Assembly: GCA_022813965.1 (NCBI GenBank)
Contig: JALDZS010000175.1
Span: 1 to 49,141, forward strand
DNA from: Toensbergia leucococca
Taxonomy: Eukaryota
Reading direction: 5' to 3'
Length of the DNA stretch: 49,141 nt
The first letter of the stretch is position 1, and each line of letters begins with the position of its first letter. The notes under the pieces are model-generated. The model saw nothing but the letters and a program-made list of their open reading frames with translations, had not been told where the DNA came from and ran no database searches. Both the position numbers and the translations under genes were made by a program. Shown here one piece after another: positions 1-16,673 of this stretch.

Positions 1-1800
1 CTAGTAGCAGGCAAGAGAAAATCTTGTTATTATTCATTGCTTCTTCAGCATTATAAATAAGTGCTAGGACAGCATCAACAGCAGATCTTTTCTTTCTCTC
101 TCCTATCTGTTCTTTGTATAACAGGTTTGTTGTCTCTCCTAAGTGTGATAGTCTTGTGGCTATGATTTTCTCAGCTACCTTGCCTAAGCAATTTAATAGA
201 GTAATCATTCTATAAGCCTTAGGTAGAGAGTAGTCAGGTTTGCTAGGTTTTTTGAGAATAACTTTTGTTCCTTGTCTTCAGCATTTGGGGTGATATCCTT
301 CAGCTATTAAGGTCTTATATATCATGTGAAAGATCTCAGGAATAATCTGATGGGCTTTCTGAATAATCAGAAAGGAAATTCTATCAGGACCAGGTGCTTT
401 CCTAGCAGAAAAAGTGTTGATAGCTTGCTTGACTTCTTTCTTAGTCATCTCAGGCCAGAAAGTATTATTGTTATTTTCTGTGGTCTCAGGTAACCTAACA
501 ATAGGAGGTGGTGGGAACATAGCTTTAATAAAGGCCTTACACTTGTTATTAAATGAGATGGCTTTCTCTTGATTTTCCATAGTAATAGGTAGGAGCTTCT
601 CAACTTTCCCTGGTTTTGTGAACTTGTAGGCCAGAAAAACATCTTTACCAGCAGCTTCTGCAAAAAAGGAAGTCCAGGATTTATCTTTGGCAGTTCTAAT
701 AGCGTGATAGTATGTGATTTTGAAGTAGTAAAACGTTTCTATTGAGTAACAGTCTTATGTTGTTTCCATTGACGTTTTTCTCTGGCCATTTCTTTTCTCA
801 AGTTGGTGAGATTTTCAGTCCACCAGACCTTAGAGTAAGAAGAGGGCTTTCTTCTAGATATAGAAGTATTTGTTAAGTCAAGAATAATATCTTAAAGTTG
901 ACAGGCAGCTAATTCTATGGTATGTATTGTCTTATAAGATAATAGAGCTTCTATCTCTTCTTTTCTATTACTAGAATTTAATAGAAGTTGTTCTTTAAAG
1001 GACTCTCAGTTGGCCTTTTTGATGTTAAATGGGGCCTCAAAGGAGCTATCAACGAGTTCTATATTGTCTGTGCAGAGAGAGAACTGTATAACCTCATGAT
1101 CTAATCCTGTAGGTAAATCTTTATTGATTTGCTAGTCTATTATAGAACTGTAGAGAGATAGAGTTGCAAAAGCTAGGTCTATAACAGATGAAGTTCGTCC
1201 TGAGAACTGAGTATAGGTATCTATATCAGTGGGGTTGACTAGTTCACACTGATATCTAGCAAGCCAGGTAGTCAGAACTTTAGATCTTATTGCAGTGCAA
1301 GTAGAATTCCACCAGGGGTGATGAGCATTAAAATCTCCCAGCTCTAAAGACCTCTCAGAAAGTTGAATATATTATAGAGATCTCTCTATAGTTCATAGTG
1401 TACCCTCAGGGTTCTGATCTTTCTCATTATAAATATTTAATATAAGAGTCTCTCTTAGGCCTGAAGAAGAGATAGAAAGGGCTTGTTTATCAGAATTCAT
1501 AATAATATCAGGTCTTGGTATGCATATAAGATTTATTTTTGAGGTGTCTTTAGCAATAAAAGTAAGGACTCTTGGCTTGTATAAGGTATTTGTAGGTATA
1601 ATAGCTGTAAAGGATGAATAAGAGATGGTTATTATATAGTCTTTAGAGACCCATGGTTCCTGAAATAAGACAATATTAACGCTTCTTGTAGCTGCATCAA
1701 GGCAGGACTGCATAGCATTTATAGATCTTGTACAGTTGTGTTATAGAATTTTAATTTTTGACTTGTTTTGAGGACAGTAAGGTCCCTCAGCTGATTTCAT
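1..1800 (-). pseudogene. LINE ORF2 (APE endonuclease plus start of reverse transcriptase), disrupted
   Basis: ATG at 1800, then KIL*HNC, VLFQEPWV, LILNIYN, GDFNAHHPWWNS (~1305-1340), SVIDLAFAT, TGLDHE, and RT-entry motifs KAPGPDRI and KPDYSLPKAYRMITLLNCLGKVAEKIIATRL (~155-245). Confidence 0.9.
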
Positions 1801-1849
1801 AGTAGTAGCAAGTATTAATATAATAAACATTACTAATTATAGCTAAGTT

Positions 1850-3676
1850 TGTCTTTATTATTCTCTATAGCAGAGGTAGAAATAGGCAGGGTATCTCTGT
1901 ATATCTTATAGACTTAAGAAATTGCCTGATGATCTCCTTGACAGTTGCTGCATTTTATCTGTGTAAAAGAGCAAGACATAGGTTTTTCTTTGCATTTAAG
2001 AATAAGGCATTAATAATCTCTGATGTTGTGTGATTTAGCACATAGCTGACAGGTAAGGTGTCTATGACAAGAGTTCTGTATATGACTATATTGTTGACAT
2101 CTAACACACTAACTGAGGGCTTGTTGACTAGATATTCTGCTGTCTGAATTGAGATTCCTGCTATCACAAGTCTTTTTCTTAGGGTCTGAGTCATCTCTTT
2201 CTTGATTTTTAGAGCTAAAACAACTGAGAAGTGTCTTTTCCCCTGTCTCACCTAGGGTTAAGACAGCCATTAAGGTAAGGTAACAAGCTTTAATCCTTAA
2301 TTAAATAACTTTAGATTATCTTTAAGAAGTTGCATGCTACTCTTAGTTTTAAAAGATTCTGTAGAAACTTCATGTGCTATCAATTTGTACTATTTTTCAA
2401 TTTTTTTAACTCATTGACCTTCTAGTTCTGACTCTCAGATGGCTCTATGCTTTAGTAAGTCATCTGCAGTATATGTATATGCTATGGTAAGGACAATGTA
2501 GTCTCCTCTTTATGATAAAACAGCTGTAGCTACTATGATATTATTAATTTTTGCTGCTTTTAGAGCGTTATTGACCTTATCTCTAGTCTGCATGAGGTTG
2601 TAGTTATTTGCTGATCTATTGAACTGAATAAGAACACGTCTATCTTGCTGTGTAATGAGTAGGGGGGCCTTAGGTTCTATAGCAATAGTATTTGAACCTG
2701 TGACAGGGCCTAATTTCTTTCCTCTTGCAACAATATTTTATGCTTTCTCCTTCTCTCAGGGCTTCTGTGCTTGATCTGACTGGGCAGAAGACTTGCTAGG
2801 GCCTTGATTGAAGGTAGAAAAAATTGCTGAGGGTAAATGAGTTAGTAAAGAGGCCTGATCAGAAGGGGCTTTTTAAGGGTTTGAGGCTGATCTTTAACCT
2901 AGCAGGCTCAGGATTTTATCAAACTTATCCTTTACCTCTTCTTTAAAAGTACCTAGTTCTGTCTGTGTAGTCTCTTAAGGTTGTGGTTCAGCTTGAGATT
3001 GGTTGACTGTAAAGGAGGTAGCCATCTTTTTCCCTTAAAATTTATATCTGGCCCATAGTTTATTTGCCTTGTTAAGAGAAGGTAGAAAGATCTTTTGTTG
3101 TACAATATCTATAAATAGTATAGCGTCTGCTATATTCTCATGCTTATGATCTGATAGCTTGAGGTAGGCCTGATGTAAAGACTCTCTAGCATCTGTCAGG
3201 TTTTTATTCAGAAAACCAACAGGTTGATAAGTAGGTGAACTAGGTAGACTCTCTGCAGGTCTTCTTTTCTTTAACATTCTAGTCTGCTTGCTCTCAGAAG
3301 GTTTCTATGTAACTTTTGTGTTGATAGAAGGGGGAACTTTGTTGAATTGAAATCCTAGTGAGTTATATAGTACAAGAGTTTTGACTTTTGTCTATAAACT
3401 TGATAGAGATTCATTAACAATAGGAGTACTCTGACTTATAACAATAGCTGCTGCTGCTGTGTGAAGTTGATCTGCAAGTTTTGCTATTGGGAGAAGAATT
3501 TTGTGCATTGCTTTTGGTATAGAGATAGGAGTTTCAAAGACGTCATGCATCTCCGTGTTGTCTTCTAATAATGATGTTAATCTGATAAATAGAGAGGTGA
3601 TAGAGAAGGTGATAGAGTAAGGGGGGTCTGGTCCTGGTCCTAGTTCAGTATCTTGAGGCATGCTAGCAGTATTCAC
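1850..3676 (-). pseudogene. LINE ORF1 (gag-like nucleic-acid-binding protein), disrupted
   Basis: Minus-strand translation at ~1915-2112 gives *CVRCQQYSHIQNSC-x-CQLCAKSH-x-CSNCQGDH, the triple knuckle typical of Tad-clade ORF1. ORFs 3035-3277 and 3392-3676 are probably N-terminal fragments. Confidence 0.75.
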
Positions 3677-4292
3677 TTAATTCAAGCTGAAAACCTCTAT
3701 AAATTAAATGTTTCTAAGGTTCTAGATGTTCTGTTTAAGTCTATAACTACAGTATATATCTCTGTTTATCTAAGACAAAGCGTTTCCTTAATAACTTTAT
3801 TCTAGGCTTCTTATCAGTAGAATCAAGTGATAACAATAAATGTCTTCTTAGCTGTCTACTTACCCTTAATCTCTAGGTCTTCAAGATTTACTTCTAACAG
3901 ATCTTTTAGACTGAGGGCTTAATCAATTTCACTGACACTTAACTAAGAGAGAATAGTAGTAGAAAAGCCTAATTTTAATCTCCTGAAAAGAAAATGCTAC
4001 GCAAAAGATTGAGATAACTCTAGCCTAGAACTTATTTCTGATTCACAAGCAATCAATTGTAATAAGATACAATGATAGTACACTTAATATAATAAAGCAG
4101 GTAGACAAAGGAGAATTAGTGATTGATAGTTGTTAATATAAGGTGAGGTATTTTAGTGTATAGTAGGGTGAGAGACTAGGCTGACAATTTTGTGCCTGTG
4201 AATTGATTTACCTAGAGTGTTCAATGATCACTGCTTAATAGGCAGATGATAGGCCCTATCAAGTCTCTAGTTATATAGAAGAGTAGTTATTA

Positions 4293-4825
4293 TGTTGTTG
4301 TATAATAAAGGTGGTTTTGTTGTTAAGGGAGGTAAGATCCAGGGCTAGTAAATAGGTATTTGTTGACCAATTTTTTTAAATCTTTTGTATCAGAGAGTTC
4401 TTTATTGAACTGAGGAGCAAGCCAGAGGGATAAGTCTCAGCTATTGTGGTTGTTCTGTTGTTGTCTAATAAAGGTGATTGTATCATTGAGAGGAGTAAGA
4501 TCTAGGGCTAGTACTTGGGTATTTGTTGACCAATTTTCCTAAATCTTTTATATTAGAGAGTTCTTTATTAAACTAAGGAGTAAGCTAGAGGGATAAATCT
4601 CAGCTGTTGTGGTTGTCTAGCTCAAAGGGTATAAATAAATTTGGTGGAGGTAGAACTCAAATTTCAGATAGACAGAGGGCTGGCGTTTTGGTGTTTCTTG
4701 ACTGTTTTTTCTGAATCTTTTATATTAGATAGTTCTCTATTAGACTGACAGGCAGGCCAGAGAGATAGCTGTCAAGTGTTGTGGTTGTCTAGCTTAAAGG
4801 GTATAAGTAGATCTGGTAGAGCAAA
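4293..4825. repeat. Degenerate tandem repeat, about 3 copies of 163-172 bp
   Basis: GTAAGATC(C/T)AGGGCTAGTA at 4332 and 4495; (A/G)AATCTTTT at 4378, 4541 and 4713; TGTGGTTGTCTAGCT at 4608 and 4780. Confidence 0.8.
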
Positions 4826-6584
4826 GGGTCAGGGTAGTCAGATTTTCACCTGGTAGCAACGTTTCTAGCAATAACTCTATTGTTCCTAAATAGATTTTCA
4901 AAATTCTTAAAGATTCAAAAGAGCTCGTTAAGGCACACAATTCCGCGGCTTTTGATTTGATTTTGAGCGTTAAGTACTTAAGTAGTAATAACTGCAAAGT
5001 TCTGGGAGGCGTAATCTTTAGGGCTTGTAATGTATCTAGGGTCCAGTTGCTTCAGAATGTAAATAATACACAAATCACGTCTTTTTCAATACAAAACAAT
5101 GAGTAGACGCAATGGGGTGCCAGGAATTGGGAATGGGTGTAGCACCACTAATACTGATAGGATCTTAATTATTTCTGCTGGTATTGACTGCTGTGACATA
5201 GGTGGCTCAGGCTAGTAACTTGGTAGAACTTTTTGGCTAGCCAACAAGTAAGTACTGTAGTTTGTAAAAAATCAACTTTTTGAGTCCTTCTGCTGCACCA
5301 CTACCACAGCTGTGATAGGGTATTGATAGGTAGGGTTCTAATCAGAATGATAAGGGCTTTTAGATGCTGAAGAGCTGGAGTTGTATAGGTGATTTTCCAG
5401 TTTTGATGTTGGTACTAAGGGGATTGCTGTAGAGTCCTTGTAGCAGCAGCTTCTGTGTTGAACAGGCTTGCACTCTGTGTTAGCAGGATGCTTTTAAAGA
5501 GACATCTAATATCTAAGGCTAGAAAAAGATACCTGACAAGATCCTTTTAACAGCATGTCAAAGGCTAGACATAGACTATTACTACAGTCTATCAGCAACC
5601 TTAAGGCTAGAAACAGACTCCTGCAATTAGAACCCTTTCAGCAACAACGGTTTCAGCAACACAACTCCCAGAACAGCACATCACTACAGTCTACTAGAAG
5701 TACAAGCTTATTATCATGTTCTTATTACCACGTCCTTAGCAAGCTCAGGGCTTATTCAACACCAGGGTTAGAAAAGAACACCTACTAGCAGGATGGTTTG
5801 AATAGGAGATATCTACAAGATTAGATTTAGACTTGACACAGCTAAGGATTAAGACTTATAACTACTAGACACAGCAAAACAAAAGGCACAATCCTTTAAT
5901 ATATAGAATCTTGTTGATCCTAGGATTTGAGAGCGGCGTACACTTAAGACAGAACTCTTGAAGCCAGAATCTTCTTTTACTTTATCAACAGATACAAAAA
6001 CAGCAGAAGAGGCAGCTACTATAGCTTGGACACTTTATAACCTAGATTTGAGTTAGTATAAGACAGACTACAAAGCTTGAAAGAAACAATAGAAGGCCCT
6101 TGAGAAATTTAATAAGATTATTCATGAGTTTATATCAGCTAAAGACAATGCATACCTTTAAGGCATTAGTTCTTCTCACCTATGGGATAAACTTCAGGCT
6201 CTTGTTATCAAGTACTATCTATTAAAGTCTAGAAATAAGTTACCTAACACTATATCAGCCTTTAGGATTCTGCTAGCTAGGATTATGTTAGCTACAAAGT
6301 CTAAGATTGCGTCAACTACAGAGACTAAGACTGCGCCATAGGCTATAAAAGTTATAATTCTATCAACTACAGAGTTGAAGGGTATGCATTTAGTTACAGA
6401 GGCTAAAATTTTACTACCTACAGAAGCTACAACTCTGTCAACTACAGAGTCTAAGAGTATGCTGTCAGTCATAGAGTCTAGGATTATGCTGCTAACTACA
6501 GAGACTATAGAGTCTAATATTGCGCTATCAACTACAGAGACTAGAGCTACGCCTACTATAGAGACAACAACTGCATTGACAGAC

Positions 6585-6830
6585 GTTCTGTCAATTACAA
6601 CAACAAAAGATGTGTTTCCTGCGGTTACAGCAACTATAGAGGCATATATTCTATCTATTACAGAGATAAAGGATGTCCTTTCTGCGGTTATGGCAACCAT
6701 AGAGGCAGAGATTCTATCTATCACAGAGACAAAGACTGTGTTTTCTGCAGTTATGACAACCATAGAGGCAAGGATTCTATCTATCACAGAGTCAAAAACC
6801 TTGTTTCCTGACGTTACAGCAATTAGACAG
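6585..6830 (+). repeat. 63-bp (21-aa) coding tandem repeat, about 4 copies, ILSITE-K-VF-AV--TIEA
   Basis: Unit starts at 6585, 6648, 6711 and 6774. Confidence 0.85.
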
Positions 6831-7532
6831 CCTACTATTGTGTTACCTGCGGTTTTAACAACTACAGAGGCAGAGTTAACATTAATCAAAGGGTCTAAGG
6901 CTACTATTACAGCAGTCACAGAGTCAGAGACAGTATTTCCTGACACTATACCTATGCCTTTAAGTCTGGGGGGTAGCAATTCTCTCAACACGCCTATACC
7001 TTTAAGCCTAGGAGCAAATTCAGGCATAACAGCTACTAAGACATTGAATCTGCTAGCTACTCCAGCAATTTTAGTTATAACAGCTACTAAAGTGTTACCT
7101 CAGCTAGCTACTCTAGCAATTACAGCAATAACAGCTACTACAACATCACCTCAGCTAGCAATTCTAGCTATTCTGACTATAGAGGCTACTTACTTTACAG
7201 ATAAGCTGACAAATCTACAACTTCTAACCATGACAGCTACTTTCTACTTACAACAGCAAGAATTCTTCACATTTCTAGCCATAGACAACGCCTCTAAGAT
7301 TACCTGGCTAGAATCTCTATTACACATCACACAGATCATATTCAACAATCTACAGACATTACAGGTTTGAGACCCAAGAGGAGTCCAACAAGTTATTTAA
7401 GAAGCAACGCATCCACAGGGCTTATTGCTACCTACAAAACAACAAAGGGCTATGCTCAAGGCTACTTGCATGGCTACTTACCTACCTGCATTTTGGGTGT
7501 TAGGATCAAAGGATTATGATCCTAAGGGAGTA

Positions 7533-7747
7533 TGTCAGCATGCAGGTGTATGCAGGTGTACGTGCCCGTGTCACATCAGGTACTTTAGCAAGATGTTTTA
7601 GCGTTGTTGTTGTGTTAACACCATGTCTGTGTTAGCCTGATACTCAAAGCGTGCCTGTTTTAAACTAAGACCAAATGTGGTTAGTTCTTTACTTAAAGTC
7701 TGTGTACATATTCTGTCTCCCACACAGACTTTAGATAGCATCTGACA
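7533..7747 (+). repeat. Candidate LTR (215 bp)
   Basis: Begins TGTCAG and ends CTGACA (6-bp terminal inverted repeat, TG...CA), preceded by a PPT-like tract. No second copy found in the window. Confidence 0.5.
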
Positions 7748-7759
7748 TCTACAATTCTA

Positions 7760-10700
7760 TTAGTCCCTTCTGACACTAATTAATAATATCATAGACTTTT
7801 ACTGTACTGATATCAATTATTATCTTTAATACAGAGTTAAATATATCTTTAAGATAACATCTGATACAGTACTGATAACAATGAGTTTAAACACTCTTAA
7901 GAGCTCATTAATGTGTTTTATGCTTAGTATCTGAACAAGTCTGAATCTTTTCTGAATTATTATTAAGAACAGCTCTCTAATATTTAAAAGTTATTTAAAG
8001 CTTATTTAAAACTTAATTAAGCAGTGCAATTAAATTCTTAATAAAGACTTTAATTAAATCAATCTAAGACTTCAGTCTGTTACTGTTAAGCATCTTAAGA
8101 GAAGTGTCTTAAACTTTAGCTAAAAAGTTAACTGATAGCTCTGATACTTATCTCTATAAGCTAAGTCAGCAGATATTAAAATAAACTAATAAATTGCTGT
8201 TTTTTATATACTCACTAAGTATCTGTTAGACTTTCAAATGCCTGCACACACTGAACTGAAGAAAAAATTTTCAAAAAGCATATTTTTGTATGTGTGTTAA
8301 TTTTCTTATACAAATCTGCAAGTTCTAATACAGCATAAGTAGAAAAATGATGATTTTCTCAGTACAATAAAAGCATTTTTCTTTTAGTTTTTCTATTTGT
8401 GTTCTTTTATTTCTTACAAGCAATGAGAGCATTACTTACTTAGAAAGAAATATAATGTTATAATTCACCCTAGTTTTTTAGCTTACATACAGATCAATGT
8501 TAATACAGAAGTTAGAAGTTAATATGCAGAGTTGTTAAATGTTATATCTATTATCTGATAATACTCTGCTGATTACTTATACAGTGTTCCCCTTCTGTAC
8601 TTTTAGGTCTTTACCTTTAGTGTTCTATTCAAAAGTATCTCTATAACTAGACTTTAAATCTGACTGTGATACATTTCAAACTATATAGTTGTCTTCTTAT
8701 CAAGAAAAGTCTCTTGAATCAAAATGATGTCAATTATATTACTTTAAATCATGTTATACAAGTTATTAATCAGACAGAATTTAGTACTAACTATACATTA
8801 ATAGTAACTATTTAGATTTTAGACATAAGAGAGATCTAATGTTGACAGATCTCACAATAGTCTGTATTTGCTTATGTCTGATTAATTCTTAAAGTATGCT
8901 TACTTTAGCTGAGAGCAGATTAGAATCTTATAATTCTATGTTTAATTACAGACTTTATATACTTCACTGACTAAGTTTACTGCTTTAAACATTATTTTAA
9001 ATGCAGTAATAGACTTAAAGAATAACTTTCTTAGAGACACTTCTATTATGTAGAAGTCTGATAATACTTTAAATACTATTATCATAATTTTATCTTATAT
9101 TTCTTAGTACTCTTAATATCTCAATTAAAAGAACAGCTCTTTTTTTATTATTACTTACTTAATGTTAGCAATTCTCTGAGCTACTCACTCAGCAGAATTG
9201 TTGTTTATGTGATTGATAATAAAACTTTATGATTCTGTCATTTAATATAATAAGACAGAAAGATCACATTTTAAGATTGTTAAATGCTTGTCAGTGATAT
9301 TCTTTATAACCTTTATTGTAGAACAGATTATTATTTATTCTTTGTTATTATGTAAGTAAACAAATAATGTGTGTTGCAATGTCTGATGATTAATAAGAGC
9401 ATCTATTATATCAGACATCTAACTTTTTTCAGAGCTATAATGCTTTATCAGTAACTTCATGTACAGATATTTTTTATTAGCAAATTCTGACTTTACTAAA
9501 GAACTCTCTGTGTCTTTTATTTCTCTTTTAGTAAGATAAGTCTTTATCTTTTAGATTAAAGACTTTTTTAGCTGTTTAGTTTGCCTGTGCTTAATGCTGA
9601 GATAAATTTACAGATGATGAATTCAATAAACTTCTCAATTAGATTTAATATCTCTTTCTTTTTACTTTCTTAGATTTTCTTTGTGAGTAGTTTGCTTGAC
9701 AAGGTCTAATTATTTACTCAGACTCTCTTGATTGTCTTTTATTCTTTCTGTGATATGTACTTATTTCTCTTAATAGGGGTTAAAGAGATAAGCTTATTCA
9801 GCTGAGTGAAAGCTTTATCTCTTAAAGAGTTTTTCAAAGAATTCTCTAAGAGATTCTTTCTAATTATCTTGACTTTCTTTCTAATGATTATCTTAGTCTT
9901 CTTTTTCTTTATTATCTTAGTTATCTTTATCTTCTTTTATTTTCTTCAGTAAGTATTTTTTGTTAATACTTCTGTCAAATCTTAAGTCTTATTTGCTTAA
10001 TTTAGTTTAAGTAATGCAGCTTTAAGTGTTTAAACAGTTATTTAAGACTCTATAAATAAACTTAAGTTAATATTATCATTACTTCTTTAATTTATTACTG
10101 TCTTTAGTTTAAATCTACTACTTTGAGACTTTAAAGTCAGTTACTAATTATTTATTACAGATCTATTAGATGTGCTGACACTTTGCTCTTAGAGATTATA
10201 TTTGAATTTGTCACTTATAATGTTAAGAATGTTTATACAGTTTCAACAAGCAAAACTTTTAATCTTATATTATACTTTCATTGATTTTTAAAGGTTTTCT
10301 AACTTATATCAGTCAGCAGCCTCTGTAATGTCTGTGATTTTCTCTATAAAGACTTTCTCTGATTAACTTACTATCTTACTGCTTCTTAGTCTCTCTTACT
10401 ATTAATCACTTAATTTCTCAGATATGTGATATTAAAATTGATAACAGGCTTCACATTTAAACATGACAGCAATAAAGATTATAAGAGTCTTTATATTATA
10501 AAATTAATAATAATAACAGTGAGATTTAAGAAAAGAAGGTCTTAAGTAAAGTTTATCAGTATACAGCTATTTACTTTTCTTTTAATATGACTCTTTATCT
10601 CTATAAGTAAACTGTTCAGCACTTCAGAGATAATAGAACTTTTTTGAGTCACCTTAACAAGGCACTGTATGCATGCTTAAAGATCTAAACAGTAACACTT

Positions 10701-10920
10701 ATTTAGATTCTTAGAAGTTAAAAGAATAGTAATCAGCTATTGTTGTCTGTAATATTAGTAATACACTGTAGTTATAAAGAGTATTAAATACTTCTTAACT
10801 GTATCACTGTCTCTGTCCTCCCTTGAGAGAGGTGTCAGGTTATTAAAATAAGGTGTTAGAATATTGAAACCCTATATTATATGTTAGATGATAGTAACTG
10901 TCTGAATGTTAGCATGAGGT
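7760..10920. mobile_element. Heavily mutated AT-rich repeat relic, family not identifiable
   Basis: No ORF of 60 aa or more, no CpG seen, CC/GG rare. Remnant of a charged low-complexity coding repeat on the minus strand at ~9850-9950. Confidence 0.6.
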
Positions 10921-11198
10921 AGGGCTGAAAACACACCTGCGCGCCAAGATCACTAATATTTAGCGTGGGAAATTACTGACCAGGCACCGTAAAAGTCAAA
11001 TAATCAATTTTTCAGGACTTCTACGATGAGGCACGGATGCTTTTCAGACAACAGTGATCCTGCAACAACTCCCTTAGAGATGCTTTCTAAGAATCGACCC
11101 CTTCATATATATAACCACGATACAGCTAGTCACCAAGCCTTGCGAGAACCGAGCTGAAACTATATATCAACCTGTCACGAAATGCTGCAAGAACATAG

Positions 11199-16155
<4,957 letters not shown>

Positions 16156-16673
16156 ATGGCGAGCATATCTTAGATAATTACGACTTACAATGACACGACG
16201 CAAAAAGATGAGTATAATCGAACTTCGGAACCTGATTACATGCCATTCGGCAAAAAAGATTTCCACGTATATTCCCTCAATTAAATGTTCAAGAATTGGC
16301 CTGAAAATTCAAAAGATTGGCTATATTGCACAAAGCACACTGCAATGTCCAAAAATATTTTGGTCTTCGTTATTATGATTATAATCTACTTACGAAGCTC
16401 CACAAGGAGTACCCGATGCTGCCCTCTATGCATTTCAAACCTATCATCACAGGGCCTTTGTCACCCTAGGAATGTCAGTCAACCGTCGCTACGTCAGTAA
16501 ACCAATCGCTCAGAATGCAACCGCCCATATGAATCCCACAGTAACCCAGCATTCATGCAACTCCAGCTCCTTTTGGTGTCGATAATATTACATGTCCTCG
16601 CAATGTAACGCCCTTTGCCCGTACGTTCCCTAGAATACAGCGTCCCGTATGTTTTTCGTGTGTTGATGACTTC

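Larger units (their letters stand above)
1..3700 (-). mobile_element. Tad1-like LINE (non-LTR retrotransposon), mutated, running off the left edge
   Basis: Minus strand shows ORF1 with zinc knuckles, then ORF2 with APE endonuclease and reverse transcriptase motifs. Many in-frame stops. The 5' boundary is approximate. Confidence 0.9.
5829..7747 (+). mobile_element. Copia-like LTR element relic: gag-like N-terminus, Thr-rich repeat, PPT and candidate 3' LTR; no pol seen
   Basis: Frame from 5829 reads RLDTAKD*DL*LLDTAKQKAQSFNI*NLVDP...YKA*KKQ*KALEKF...WDKLQAL, with stops at Trp/Gln positions, resembling fungal Ty1/Copia gag. It is in frame with ORF 6375-7370. Purine tract AAGGGAGTA lies immediately before TGTCAG at 7533. 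Confidence 0.55.

Noticed and set aside
5110..5125. 16-bp identity CAATGGGGTGCCAGGA with EXO5 exon 1 (~25557)
   Set aside because: Does not extend on either side; consistent with chance.
5026..5198. Possible solo LTR, TGTAA...TGACA
   Set aside because: Flanks GGGCT and TAGGT are not a duplication, the terminal repeat is imperfect and there is no second copy.
6215..7027. 270-aa Val/Ile/Ser-rich minus-strand ORF
   Set aside because: Antisense shadow of the Thr-rich repeat; the + frame is the one continuous with the gag-like sequence.
8690..8740. DIILIQET on the minus strand, resembling an APE endonuclease motif
   Set aside because: No downstream GDFN or SDH motifs recovered, so the relic cannot be called a LINE.
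7770..10838. CTGACAC / GTGTCAG as TIRs of the AT-rich relic
   Set aside because: Only 7 bp match and no target duplication.
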